From NCBI GenBank assembly GCA_965261505.1, contig OZ253448.1:394807-458806 (forward strand): a stretch of 64,000 nt of DNA, given 5' to 3'. How positions within the stretch are numbered: the stretch's first letter is position 1; every line of letters starts with the position of its first letter. Position numbers and translations under genes: made by a program. This document shows, in pieces, positions 11,423 to 22,450 of the stretch. The notes under the pieces were generated by a model. That model saw nothing but the letters and a program-made list of their open reading frames with translations, did no database searches and was not told the origin of the DNA. This DNA comes from Mycoplasmatales bacterium (lineage in GTDB: Bacteria; Bacillota_I; Bacilli_A; Mycoplasmatales; Mycoplasmataceae).

Positions 11423-12406
11423 ATGAATAACCCTTTAAAATTTATTGATTTATTTGCAGGTATTGGTGGATTAGGATTGCCTTTTAGAGAATTAGGAATG
11501 AAATGTGTTTTTAGTTCTGAAATTGATAAATTTGCTTGTCTAACATATGAAGCTAATTTTCATGAAAAACCTTTAGGAGATATTAAAAAAATTAATATTA
11601 AAGATATTCCTGATCATGATTTATTATTAGCAGGATTCCCTTGTCAACCTTTTAGTATGATAGGGCAAAGACAAGGATTTAATGATCAAAAAAAAGGTAA
11701 TTTATTTTTTTATTTATTAAACATTCTTAAAAATAAACAACCAAAAGCTTTTTTATTAGAAAATGTACCAGGCATTAAAAGCATAAATAAAGGAAAAACC
11801 TTCATTTTAATTAAACATTTATTAAATGAAGTAGGTTATGATCTTTTTATTTTAGAGGAAGATGCTAAAGATTATGGTCTTCCTCAAAGACGTAAACGAA
11901 TTTATTTTATTGGTTTTAGAAAAGGCTTAAAAATAAATTTTACTTATCTTAGACCTATTTTTGAAGAAGCATATATTGGTTCCTTCATAGAAGAAAATAA
12001 AACTGGATATGCTTTATCAAATAACATAATTAAAAATTATTTATTTAAAAAACATGATTCAAAACCAGAAATTGTTGATACAAACAGCGAAAAACAAATC
12101 AAAACTTTTGTAGCAAGCTATCATAAAATTCAAAGACTTACTGGAACTTTTGTAAATGATCATGGAAAAATAAGGTTATTAAGTGAAAACGAATGTAAAT
12201 CCTTAATGGGCATTCCTAGAAGTTTTATTTTTCCTGTTTCAAGAACTCAGATGTACAGACAAATAGGAAATAGTGTAGCAATACCAGTTGTAAGAGCAAT
12301 AGCCAATAAAATTAACTATTTTTTAAAAACTTTACAAAATGACAAAAGCAGAAAAAATTATCCAAAATATTCTTCAAGAGAATCCAGAATTCAAAAAAGT
12401 GCATAA
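11423..12406 (+). CDS. DNA (cytosine-5)-methyltransferase
   Basis: FIDLFAGIGGLG (I), GFPCQPFS (IV), ENV (VI), QRRKRIY (VIII), GNSVAIPV (X). Intact 327 aa ORF. Confidence 0.93.
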   Translation: MNNPLKFIDLFAGIGGLGLPFRELGMKCVFSSEIDKFACLTYEANFHEKPLGDIKKINIKDIPDHDLLLAGFPCQPFSMIGQRQGFNDQKKGNLFFYLLNILKNKQPKAFLLENVPGIKSINKGKTFILIKHLLNEVGYDLFILEEDAKDYGLPQRRKRIYFIGFRKGLKINFTYLRPIFEEAYIGSFIEENKTGYALSNNIIKNYLFKKHDSKPEIVDTNSEKQIKTFVASYHKIQRLTGTFVNDHGKIRLLSENECKSLMGIPRSFIFPVSRTQMYRQIGNSVAIPVVRAIANKINYFLKTLQNDKSRKNYPKYSSRESRIQKSA

Positions 12407-12917
12407 CCCATCTGACTTTGTTAATGAATGTTATCAATTTTATTTAAAAAAATATAACACCTCTAATAACTTGAATGGTTTAGTATTTGAACAAATCATT
12501 ATTAATTGTTTGCTGAATTGAGATATAAAAATATTTTATACACAAGCTAAATTAACTTTTATACCAAATATAATTTATGATTTAGTTTTATATAACAGAA
12601 CAACTCCAGTTATTTTAAGTTTTAAAACATCATTACGCGAAAGATGAAAACAAGCAGATTTAGAAGGGATGGCATTTAAAAATGTTTATAGAAAAGGAAT
12701 AGTATATCTCATAAATTATTCTAAAAAAGAAAATCTCACAAGAAATAAAAAAAATGATCAAAATTTTGCCATTGATCAATTTATTTATGCTGGCGGAAAT
12801 GATTTTAATCATTTAATTAAAAAATTGAAAACTATATCTTTTTATGAATGTGAAAAAATACATGTTTTTCAAAAATTTATAGAATATAAAAATACAAGGA
12901 AATCATCTAAAGTATAA
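12339..12917 (+). CDS. Candidate type II restriction endonuclease
   Basis: Track ORFs 12339..12521 and 12669..12917 share a frame and join through two TGAs (579 nt). Contains ..YDLVLYNRTTPVILSFKTSLRERWKQ.., a nuclease-like D...xK plus (S/T)xRERWKQ signature. Overlaps the methyltransferase 3' end by 68 nt. Confidence 0.6.
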
Positions 12918-13267
12918 ATAGAAAGGTTTACGAAGAAGACTTTATTTTAATACTCAGTATAACTAGGATACAAAACTTAATGTTATAGACAAAATATTAA
13001 TTCCAAAAAACACATTTTTTAATTGAATTATATTATTTAAGTGTAATCCTGACTTCTAATTTTAATTCTTACACTAAAGTATAAAATTGCTTAAATTAAA
13101 TTAATAAAATATTAGAAGTAAAAAAAAATAATTTAATATTTCATTAGAAAGTTAAATTTACAAATGAAAATTGTCACTAGACGCCTTTTGTTTTAATTAA
13201 TTTTTTTTAACTTTCGATATTAATATTATTTTTAATTTCATAAAGAAATTATAAGGAAGAAAACACA

Positions 13268-13894
13268 ATGTTTTTACAAAAAATTGTTATTGGCATAGCC
13301 CTTGGTAGTGTTGTAGGGTCTGGTTTTTCACAAACCGTAAATGTTAGTAGCTTGTCTACACCTGCTAAAATAAGTACAATTAGTGATGGATATATGCCTT
13401 TTAATCCTTTTGCGTTTGTACATGAATATACGGCAGATGGTAATGTTTACGATTATTATAGAAATACTGCCTTCCCAGTGCAAACTCCTAATACAATTGC
13501 TAATGGTTTTGCTTTCCAACTAACTTCAAAATCAATGCAAGATATGCTGAGTGCATGAAGTATAGCAGGTAATGGAGCAATGCTATCTTACATAACTGGT
13601 TGTCTTGATAATTGAACAAAATATACAGGACAGTTTGTTTTATCCAAACAATATCGTCAAGATGCACAAAAATACGAAGGAAGAATGGTTGAACAAAGTT
13701 TTGATGTGAGTAAACTACCTCTTGCGCAATTCATACGCAATGTTTTAAATAGTCACCAAAATCTTTATCTCAATTTTTATTCACAAATAAAAACAGTAGG
13801 GCCTAATGTAACTTTTTATGATAAAGCTCAATTGTATAATCCATTAACTGGTGGAAGCTTAACAACTAATTATGTTCATAATTTCGATAATTAA
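13268..13894 (+). CDS. Hypothetical secreted protein
   Basis: Track ORFs 13268..13558 and 13685..13894 share a frame and join by two TGAs. N-terminal hydrophobic signal MFLQKIVIGIALGSVVGSGFSQ. Confidence 0.65.
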
Positions 13895-14022
13895 TAATTT
13901 ATAGTAATTAATACTAAATTATTAACAAAAATTGATAAAAAAGCTTAAAATATTTTAGTAGTGATAGATTCTAATTTTTTAAACATTTTCTACTAAATAA
14001 TAAATAATATAATCACTACTTG

Positions 14023-14071
14023 ACATTAATGTACATGTACAATTTGCACAAAAACATTAATGTTTTTTTTA
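14023..14071 (+). terminator. Candidate rho-independent terminator
   Basis: The self-complementary 10-mer acattaatgt occurs twice (14023-14032 and 14054-14063), so the two copies can pair. A T8 run follows. Confidence 0.4.
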
Positions 14072-14109
14072 TTTTATAAGCAAAATTTCGTATCAATTAA
14101 TTCAAAATT

Positions 14110-14832
14110 TTACGCACATAATGTTGCTAACAAAATGGCACATGCCATTGAAACATTTAAGGAATCAAATTGCTGTTTGCTTTTAATAGTAATTAATTGA
14201 TCGCATTTTTGTTTTAATTTAGGACGCATTCCTTGGTGTTCGTTTCCTATCACTAAGGCTTTTTTATCTGCATAATCTACCTGCTTATAATCAAGAGCTT
14301 CATCGGGATTAACAGTAGTACCATAAAGCCAAAAGCCTATTTTTTTTAGTTTTTGAAAAACTAAGGATAAATTACTAACTAAACATATTTTTTGCACTAA
14401 AGCTGCTCCTGCTGAAGTTGCAATCACTGTTTCATTAATTTTAACTTGCTGTTTTTTGGTAATCACAACAATATCTACTTTAAAAAAATAACAAGACCGA
14501 AGCATATTCCCTAGGTTAGCAGGACTATCAGTATGATCTAAAATGACAACTGTTTGTTTTTGATGCTTTTGGGCTTGTAAAAAACGGGTCAACATTTGAT
14601 AGCTATAATATTCAACTTCTTTGATGAGAGCAGCTACATAAACTTTTTTGGCTAAAACTTTTTTATTAATAATTAAGGCAGAACTCTTCATAATTACATA
14701 ATTAAGCTTAAGCTTTTTTAGCCTTGCTAAATCTATTTTATTTTGTCTTCCGTCTTTAATAAAAACTTTAATAATTATTTCTGGTTTATGTTTTAAACAC
14801 AGCTGTACTATGTTAGCTCCTTCAATAATCAT
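14110..14832 (-). CDS. rlmB: TrmH/SpoU-family RNA 2'-O-methyltransferase (RlmB-like)
   Basis: Intact 240 aa ORF with SpoU motifs (..VILDHTDSPANLGNMLR.., ..LVIGNEHQGM.., ..LNVSMACAI..). Directly downstream of cysS, as in Firmicutes. Confidence 0.8.
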   Translation of the reverse strand: MIIEGANIVQLCLKHKPEIIIKVFIKDGRQNKIDLARLKKLKLNYVIMKSSALIINKKVLAKKVYVAALIKEVEYYSYQMLTRFLQAQKHQKQTVVILDHTDSPANLGNMLRSCYFFKVDIVVITKKQQVKINETVIATSAGAALVQKICLVSNLSLVFQKLKKIGFWLYGTTVNPDEALDYKQVDYADKKALVIGNEHQGMRPKLKQKCDQLITIKSKQQFDSLNVSMACAILLATLCA

Positions 14833-14834
14833 CT

Positions 14835-16073
14835 TTAATTGTAAGATCCTTGCTTAGGAATAGTAAAACCTAATAAATTTTCATAAATAGTAAAGAATTG
14901 CTGTTTTAAACTTTTACTAACTAGTTTTTGTTGTGTTAATTGTTTATTTATTGCCTTTACTAAACTACCTAAAACTGTTAAGGCATTAGCAGTGTTAAGA
15001 TTATCAGCTAAATGATCTTCTACTTGACTAACATAAGCTTTTGTTGTGTTAATATTTTCAATTTCAATGTTTAATAAGGTTTGAGCTAGTTTTTCTCATT
15101 TATGCATAGTCTTAAGGGCTTGTTGTACTAATACTTCTGAGACATTAAGAGCTAAGCTATATCTACTATTGAGAAAAATAAACCTTAAAACATTAGCAGA
15201 ATAGTCTTCTATAAATTGATGTAGCATTCAAGTGTTTTTAAGTGATTTGCTCATTTTAACTTGTTCTACTTTTAAATGCCCATTATAAATTCATATTTTA
15301 GCTAAATCTACCTTATTAGCAGCAATATATTGGATCCTTTCGTTTTCATGGTGAGGAAATTTAAGATCAATCCCTCCTGCATGAATGTCAAGAGTTTGCC
15401 CTTTATAAAAAAGGTTATTTAAAACACAACATTCTGTATGCCATCCAGGTCGACCTTTACCTCATGGGGAATCAAACTTAACTCCCTGACTTGTTTTTTT
15501 TCACAAAATGAAGTCCCAGTAATTTTTTTTAGCCTTGTATTCCGCTTCAGAAAGGCGACCTTGGTGGGCTTGTAAATTTTTATGTGCTAACATATTATAT
15601 GCTAAGGGTGGAGTGCTATTAATGTATTGCTTTGTGTCAAAATAAACATTTCCTTCATTAACATAAGCTTTTTTGTGAGTTACTAATTCTGCTATAAAGT
15701 CAATTTGTTCTTGAATGTAATCACTAACCCTTGGTAAAAAATTAGGTTTTATAATGTTTAGTTTGGTTTGGTTATTCATAAAAGACTTAAGATAAAAATC
15801 AGAAATTGCTTTTTCTGTTTTATTTTCTGCTAAAGCACGGTTAATAATTTTATCATCAATGTCTGTAATGTTTTGCAAATATTGAAAAGGTTGTTTTTGG
15901 TAGGTTAACAAGCGCACAATAATATCTATCACAAGTAAGGGGATAGCATTCCCAATATGAATATCATCATAAACAGTAGGACCACAAGCAAAAATTTTAA
16001 TAGCTTTAGCTTTGTTATAAGCAACTTCTTGCTTAGTTGCCGTTAAGGTGTCGTAAAGAATAAGCTTTTTCAT
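14835..16073 (-). CDS. cysS: Cysteine--tRNA ligase
   Basis: N-terminus ..[14 protein letters not shown].. (HIGH-type motif). Track ORF 15501..16073 extends through several TGAs to TAA 14835-14837 (1239 nt, in frame). Confidence 0.9.
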
Positions 16074-16240
16074 AAAAAAATAAAAACTTTTATATTGATT
16101 AATTATATGTTTATAAAAATTAAAAATTAAAAAATTAAAGCAAAAAATTAAAGCAAAAGGGCTAATATTTTTTTATAAAAAAAGTTAAAAAAATAAAATT
16201 AAATTGTAAATTAATTATTAACTTAAAGGAAATTACTCTT

Positions 16241-16321
16241 ATGTGCGACTGCAAAAAAGACTGTAAATGCGAATGCGGTAAAAAATGTTCTGAATGCGAC
16301 TGCGATAGCAAATGCAAATAG
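16241..16321 (+). CDS. 26-aa cysteine-rich (9 Cys) metallothionein-like micro-protein
   Basis: atg tgc gac tgc aaa aaa gac tgt aaa tgc gaa tgc ggt aaa aaa tgt tct gaa tgc gac tgc gat agc aaa tgc aaa tag gives MCDCKKDCKCECGKKCSECDCDSKCK. aaagga lies 9-14 nt upstream and a perfect 13-bp terminator hairpin 21 nt downstream. Below the ORF-track size cut-off. Confidence 0.5.
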   Translation: MCDCKKDCKCECGKKCSECDCDSKCK

Positions 16322-16341
16322 TTATTTCACTAAAAAACATT

Positions 16342-16373
16342 AAAAACCTTTTTCTATTTAGAAAAAGGTTTTT
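16342..16373. terminator. Bidirectional rho-independent terminator
   Basis: aaaaacctttttc / tattta / gaaaaaggttttt is a perfect 13-bp stem. It lies between the convergent micro-ORF (+) and the mob gene (-). Confidence 0.6.
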
Positions 16374-16393
16374 ATTACATTATAAAAAGAAGC

Positions 16394-17464
16394 TTACAAA
16401 TAAAATTTTTTCTTTTTTCTTAAATAACGGAGCCTGTATTCTGCATACCTAAAGTCTTTTTTAGTGTAACCTATATTTAAAAACCTTTGTTTGTTAGCCA
16501 TAATAAAATCATAATCACGACGCATTCAAATTTCCAAATTTAACTTTCTTAGTTTAGACATGTTTTTTCTAATCATTCTTTTTTCTAATCTATCTTTAGT
16601 CAAAGTAAGACGCTTGACATTTTTTTCTAAGCAAGCAATTTTAAAATCTAATAAATTATAATATTCTTTAGTCTTCCTTTTAAAAGCAACTGGCACATGC
16701 AAGTCATAACGATATAAAAGCTTTTTGTTATAGACTTTTAAATAATCTTCTTGTAGCTCATGTAAAAACTCTCTTTTACGTCATGCTTCAGGGTTAGAAA
16801 AATCATAGCGTAAACCTTTAGTGCGTTTATCATATTTAAATTGAAACCTTAAATAATGAAAATGAATGTGCGGGTTGTTTTCATCAAGATGGAGCATCGC
16901 CCCAATAAAATTATTTTTCCCGTATGATTTTGCTATTCTTTGATAAGCCCATTCATAGATAGTATTAGCTCATATGTTTAATTTAGTTTTATCCAATACC
17001 TCAAAGCCGTGCTTGTTGTTAACTTTAATAATTTTATTTTGCACAAACCAGTCACGAGAAACAGACATAATTCACTCTCCTACTGGTTGCTTTTTACACA
17101 TGTATTGTGCAAAAGAACGAGTTTTAGTGTAAGCATGCTGTTTAATGTATTTATCATTTTGGCTATCTAGTTGTTGTTTCACTAAATGAAGCATAGTTTT
17201 ATACTTATAAAGAAACTCGTCATAACGCTTTTGACGATCCTCTCGACTATGATAACCCTCTCATGTCTTTTGCCCGCTTCAAATAATCCTGTTAAGATGA
17301 GTTTTCTGTGGGTCAATATCATGCACTGGGTTTTCTTTGGCTGTTAAACGCATAGCGTGTTTCACCAACCCTTCCGCTGCTTTGATTCCTGTTCCAATAC
17401 TTTTACTTCTTCCTTTGCTTTTAGTTATCACTAAAATAGGAGAACAACATTGCTGTTTTTTCAT
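16394..17464 (-). CDS. MobV/Pre-family relaxase (plasmid recombination enzyme)
   Basis: Motif I HxxR (VKHAMR) and motif III HxDExxPHxH (HLDENNPHIH). Track ORF 17279..17545 extends through TGAs to TAA 16394-16396. Start set at ATG 17464 (MKKQQ..). Confidence 0.85.
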
Positions 17465-17469
17465 TTTTT

Positions 17470-17485
17470 TTACTTTTAAAAGTAA
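17470..17485. promoter_or_regulatory. 16-nt perfect palindrome just upstream of mob
   Basis: ttacttttaaaagtaa lies 6 nt upstream of ATG 17464. Candidate operator or oriT-associated repeat. Confidence 0.3.
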
Positions 17486-17528
17486 TTTAAAAAAAACAAG
17501 CAATTTCCTTTTAAAAATAAGCAAAATA

Positions 17529-17549
17529 AAACTTGCTTTTAGCAAGTTT
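17529..17549 (-). terminator. Hairpin terminator downstream of the ECF-S-like gene
   Basis: aaacttgct / ttt / agcaagttt is a 9-bp stem. On the minus strand a T-rich tract follows. Confidence 0.45.
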
Positions 17550-17572
17550 AAAAAACATGATCAAAAGAAACC

Positions 17573-18490
17573 TTAATCCTTATCAATTAAAGGTCGCACC
17601 GCTCGGTACACCACATAAATAATAGCAGTGTTAATAAAAATTTTTCCAGGAGCCATCACTAGTCTAGCAATCATAGTAATCGCATATCCCCCACTACTAA
17701 TTCCTTGGGACGCACTTAGAAAGGCAATATCCCCTCAAGAAGAAATCAGGGTGGTAACTCAGTATTCAGTAATGGTAGCAAGGACAATAATCGGAAGCAT
17801 TTTGCGTCATTGGTTTCTTTTGGTTGCAGTTCAAATAAAGTAAAGAAAGGTGAGCCATAAAATCGCTAAAGTAGTGCCAGTTCCCAGCCCTACTAATCAT
17901 ACTACTTCACTTGCAGGAACAAAAATACCTGCAAAAAGTTTAATCCCTCCGTGTGTAATTGGATAGTAATATACCATGCTAATCGCATAAGCTCCAAAAG
18001 CAATCACAAAAGCGTTAATAAAAAACATAATAACTCATTTTTGTTTTCCTACTACTCTATCTAAAGAGCCCATACAACCAGACAAAAAGCCAAAAGAAGC
18101 AATCACAATTAAATAGGCAATATGAATGTAAGAAGGAACAAATAAGATACAAATTAAATCAGTAAGCGTTCCAGACATAAAACCTACAATTGGTCCAAAA
18201 ATAAAGCCAGCAATTTTAACCATAATTCCTTCAAACGCAATTCTGACAGGTGGAAAGACAGTAATCGGGAAGACTTTTGATACTACTACTGTCACAGTAA
18301 CAGAAACAGAAGTTAAAAGCGCAATGTATGAAATATTACGAGTGGTAAAACGAATCCCATGGTACCGATCAGGATGGTGCACATAAACATACCCGTTATA
18401 ACAACAATAAATAACAAACATGATTCCGACTACGCCAGAAGCAATGTAAGCCATATAGTTAGAAAAGAAAATGTGACTTAAAGTATGCAT
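17573..18490 (-). CDS. Polytopic membrane protein, ECF transporter S-component-like
   Basis: Track ORF 18035..18490 extends through TGAs to TAA 17573-17575 (918 nt). Multiple TM helices and a ..KIAGFIFGPIVGFMSGTLTDLI.. segment typical of ECF substrate-binding components. Confidence 0.6.
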
Positions 18491-18497
18491 GTTTTAT

Positions 18498-19193
18498 TTA
18501 TTTGGTTCAATCAATTTGAAGCAGATTCTTTCTTGCCAATATTGTATTTATTTTACTAAAGGGTTTACTATTTTTAAATAATTTATAACTAAATGGAGAG
18601 GGGTGAGCACTTTTAATGATGCTACATTTTGTAGCTAGTAAAGCTTCACAAGCTGTTTGAGCTTTTTTGCCTCATAAAACTGCCACTGCTACAGAACTAT
18701 TATTTAAAATAAATTTTAAAAGATTAGTACTAAAAGTTTGCCAACCAAAGTCATGATGACTAAAAGCTTGATGAGCTTGCACAGTTCAAACTGTATTCAT
18801 TAAAAAAACACCTTGCTTGACTCACCCTTGCAAACTTAAATTTTGGGCATGATCAATCAGACAATCATTTTTTAATTCTTTAAAAATATTAAGCAAAGAC
18901 GGAGGAGTTTTAAATGGGTTATTTTGACAACTGAATGCTATCCCGTCTGCTTGATTAAAATTATGATATGGGTCTTGACCAATCACAATAACTTTAATTT
19001 TAGCAGGAATTGTTAATTTTAACAACCTAAAGATATCATGAGTTTCAGGAAAACATTGATGCTGAGAGTATGCTAATGCTACAGCTTGCTGTAATTTAGC
19101 AAAATAGGGTTGCTTGATTTCATTTTCAACAAAAGGTAGTCATGACTTATCCAATTGTTTAAGCAACGCTCTTAGATCTACCTTTTGTTGCAC
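18498..19193 (-). CDS. ung: Uracil-DNA glycosylase
   Basis: ..[10 protein letters not shown].. and ..SAHPSPFS.. motifs. Fragments join through TGAs. GTG start at 19193 (no in-frame ATG upstream). TAA at 18498-18500. Confidence 0.88.
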
Positions 19194-19198
19194 GATAA

Positions 19199-20368
19199 TT
19201 ATGATTCTTGAATTTTCTCGCTAAGAGTAACTTTTAATTCAGGATAATTAATTCCTGTTTTACTTGTTGTTTTTGTATCAAACTCTCCTTTATCAGTAGA
19301 ACCTTTTGCTGCATCAGTAGGAGTTTTAGTCTTATCCCCATCATAAAAACCTATGTATAAATTGCTTGTAGTTCCTGGAATGGATATTTTTTGATATGCT
19401 TGAGTGCCAAGATTAGTAATTGAAGCTGAGCTTCAAAAATCATATCCTGCTAACATTCATGCCTGATACGTGTCTTTTTTATTTACTTGGTAGTCTTTTA
19501 ATTCTAAATGAGCTACTAAATTTTGTAATTTTGCATCAAAAAGATAAGTGTGGTTTGGTCCTTTAAAATGAAAAACAAAGTTAATTGGTCCTAAATCTAC
19601 TAAAGCATGCCTTGCGTCCTGAGTAACTTTATCATTACTTTTATTATTGTTTAATTGATCTTTTGTAATATATTTTTGCGAAAAAGGCGGTTTAGGAGGA
19701 CTAAAACTATTAAGTGCTCCTAAAGAAGTATAAACAGCAGCAGGCACAACTAAATTATCATAAGCTTTATTAATACTGTAATCTCCTTCCCCTGGTAACC
19801 CCCCTTTTGTTTTATTATAATAGTCTTCATTGACAGTATCTTTTGGGAGGGCTGTCACTGCTAATGGCAAAAAAGCAGTTGGATTAGTAGGAGAGCTTGG
19901 TACATTATCTGCTTGTTCTTCATTTTTGTCATTTAAAGAAGCATTAACATCTACATTTGTAAAATAAGTATCGTCTGAACCTGACCAGACTTTAAAAAAA
20001 TCACTTCATGCCTTACCATCTTTTGAAGCCTCTAAGGTTTTTTGTTGCCCTTGCAAACTACTATCATATAAAGATTCATTAAACTTAGGTCCTGTTCCTT
20101 TAGAATCTTCTTTTAGATTAATTGATGTTAAAGCAGGTCATACTAATTGACCATTCATCCCTAAATATTGATAAGGATATTTTTTTTCTCCTGAATTTTT
20201 CCCATCTAAAGTAGTTTTATTAATATCTTCTGTTTTAAAATTAGGAGTATTTGAAACAGCAAAATGAGCTTCCACTTCAGGACCATCTGCTGCTCCACAC
20301 CCGATCACTAAAGAAGAGTTAGTTGTAACTAATAGCACAGCATTTAATAGGATTAAAAGTTTCTTCAT
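19199..20368 (-). CDS. Lipoprotein
   Basis: MKKLLILLNAVLLVTTNSSLVIGC. Track ORFs 20138..20368 and 19457..19870 are in one frame joined by TGAs. TAA at 19199-19201. Confidence 0.8.
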
Positions 20369-20420
20369 AGTTTGTAAAATAAATTAAATAAAAAAAATAA
20401 CTATAGCATTATATCAAATT

Positions 20421-21791
20421 TTAGTGCTTAGGCTGTGGACTTTGGATTTTTGTTTGTGGAGCAGGGTTTGATTTAAATAAGGAACGCTGAGCGTTAAATT
20501 TAAGCGTAATCGTTCCAGTCTCTCCATTACGGTGTTTAGAAATTATTAATTCTGTAGCTTTCGGGTCTGCTCCATGCGGGTTATAATAAACCTCACGGTA
20601 CAAAAACATAATTAAATCTGCGTCTTGTTCAATCGAACCTGAGTCCCTTAAATCACTCATAATTGGTCTTTTATCGTCTCTTCTTTCAACAGCACGAGAA
20701 AGTTGACTTAAACAAATAATAGGCACATCAATTTCTCTAGCTAAGGATTTTAAAGCAAAAGATATATAGGCAATTTCTCCCTGTCTTGAATCATAATTAA
20801 GATCTCTAGTAGAAATTAATTGCAAGTAATCAATAATGATTAGATCAAGCTTTTCATCTCTATTAAGCTTTCTTAGTTTGCTTTGGATATCGCTCATAGT
20901 CATTCCTGCTGAATCCTCAATAAAAACATAAGGATTGTTAGCAACATCAGCCTGACTATTATAAAGGCTATCTCAATCTTTTCTATCCTCAATGTTGCCT
21001 TTACGAATTTTTCCTACGCTTACGCCTGTCAACATTCCTAAAATTCTTTGTCCTAAAAGGTTTTTCGGCATTTCTAAAGAGACAAAAGCTACTTTTTTCT
21101 TTTTTTCCATAGAAGCGTTTACTAAGCAATTTAAAGCAAAAGCAGTTTTACCCATACTAGGACGCCCTGCAATAATAATTAACTCCCCTTTTAAAAAGCC
21201 AGAAGTAATTTGATCAAGTTCTCAAAAACCAGAAGGAACTCCCAGCATTTCTTGCTTGACTTCATGCAAATATTCAATTTGCTTAATGTTTTCATCAATT
21301 ACGCTTTTAAGGGAAACAAAATTAGAAGCTTTGCCAATGTCATAAATTTCCATTAAACTTTTTTCAATGTTAACTACAATTTGACTAGGAGGAGTTTTTT
21401 TTGCAAGATCGGCATTAACATTTTTAGTTAACTGTCCAAGCATTTTTTGCTTGGCATAATTATTAATGATTTCACAATACTGTTGGATTCTTTGGCTACT
21501 CACAAATTCATGAATCACTCCCAATAAATATTCTTCTGTCACAATTTTAGCTTGTTGTTTTTGCACTAAATAATTAATAATAGAAAAATAATTAAGGGCT
21601 TCGGTTTTTTCTTTAATAGTTTTAATCGCTTGAAAAATAATTTTATGGCGTTCATCTACAAAACAGTCAGGTTTGACATTTAAAAAGATTTCTTCTGTTG
21701 AAGCAGGACTATGAATTAAAATAGACAAAATGTTCCGCTCACATTCAAAAACTAACTTAAATTCTGCTATTTTTGGGTCTTGTGGATTCAT
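20421..21791 (-). CDS. dnaB: Replicative DNA helicase
   Basis: Three track ORFs (21222..21791, 20973..21155, 20421..20903) share one frame. Walker A ..GRPSMGKTAFAL.. and ..IIDYLQL.. motifs. Confidence 0.95.
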
Positions 21792-22241
21792 TTAATCTTC
21801 TTTTAATGTTATTTTGACTTTAATAGTGGCTTTAATTTCATACCCTAAATCTAGGTTAATAAGATTAACTCCTGCTTGGTTGAGTGGTTTAAAAGCAATA
21901 AACTGCTTTTTATTTAATTTAATTTGACTAGCTTCAAAAACATCATGCATTAATTGCTTCATAGAAATAGTGTTGCCCACCTTATCATGGAAGCTGTGCA
22001 GTTGGTAGTTTAAAGCTACTTGTTCAAGTTTCTTTTTTAATCCTAAAGCTTGTTTTTGGTTTTGTAAATAAATTTTTGCTGCTTGGCGTTGCGAATTCTG
22101 AGCTCTTTTTAAGTTAGCAGGGTTAGCAAGTTCTGCTAAATTACGCTTAATTAAAAAATTAAGTCCGTACCCATCTGCTACTGTAATGACTTCGTTTTTT
22201 TTACCTAACTTACTAACATCTTGTTTCAGAATAACCTTCAT
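21792..22241 (-). CDS. rplI: 50S ribosomal protein L9
   Basis: [33 protein letters not shown] 22241 preferred over the TTG at 22250. Confidence 0.92.
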   Translation of the reverse strand: MKVILKQDVSKLGKKNEVITVADGYGLNFLIKRNLAELANPANLKRAQNSQRQAAKIYLQNQKQALGLKKKLEQVALNYQLHSFHDKVGNTISMKQLMHDVFEASQIKLNKKQFIAFKPLNQAGVNLINLDLGYEIKATIKVKITLKED

Positions 22242-22450
22242 ATCACACAATTAAAAAGATAAATATTATTTTAATAATTATTTATGTAAACTAAATTAGT
22301 TTACTTTAAATTAATAAACTATTATATTTTATAATAATTTATTTTATTTTAATTTATCTTACTTTAATGTAAACTAAATTATTATATTTTAGTTTAAATT
22401 ATAAAAGATAAAATTAAAACATTAACATAAAATAAAAAGTTTTAAATGTG

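Noticed and set aside
17465-17545. N-terminal extension MLKASFILLIFKRKLLVFFKLLLKVKK on the relaxase
   Set aside because: It covers the palindrome and promoter-like AT tract. MobV proteins begin close to the HxxR motif, so ATG 17464 fits better.
22251-22450. AT-rich repeat region upstream of rplI-dnaB as a replication origin
   Set aside because: No DnaA-box-like 9-mers (TTATCCACA variants) were seen and dnaA/dnaN are not here. It is better explained as a divergent promoter region.
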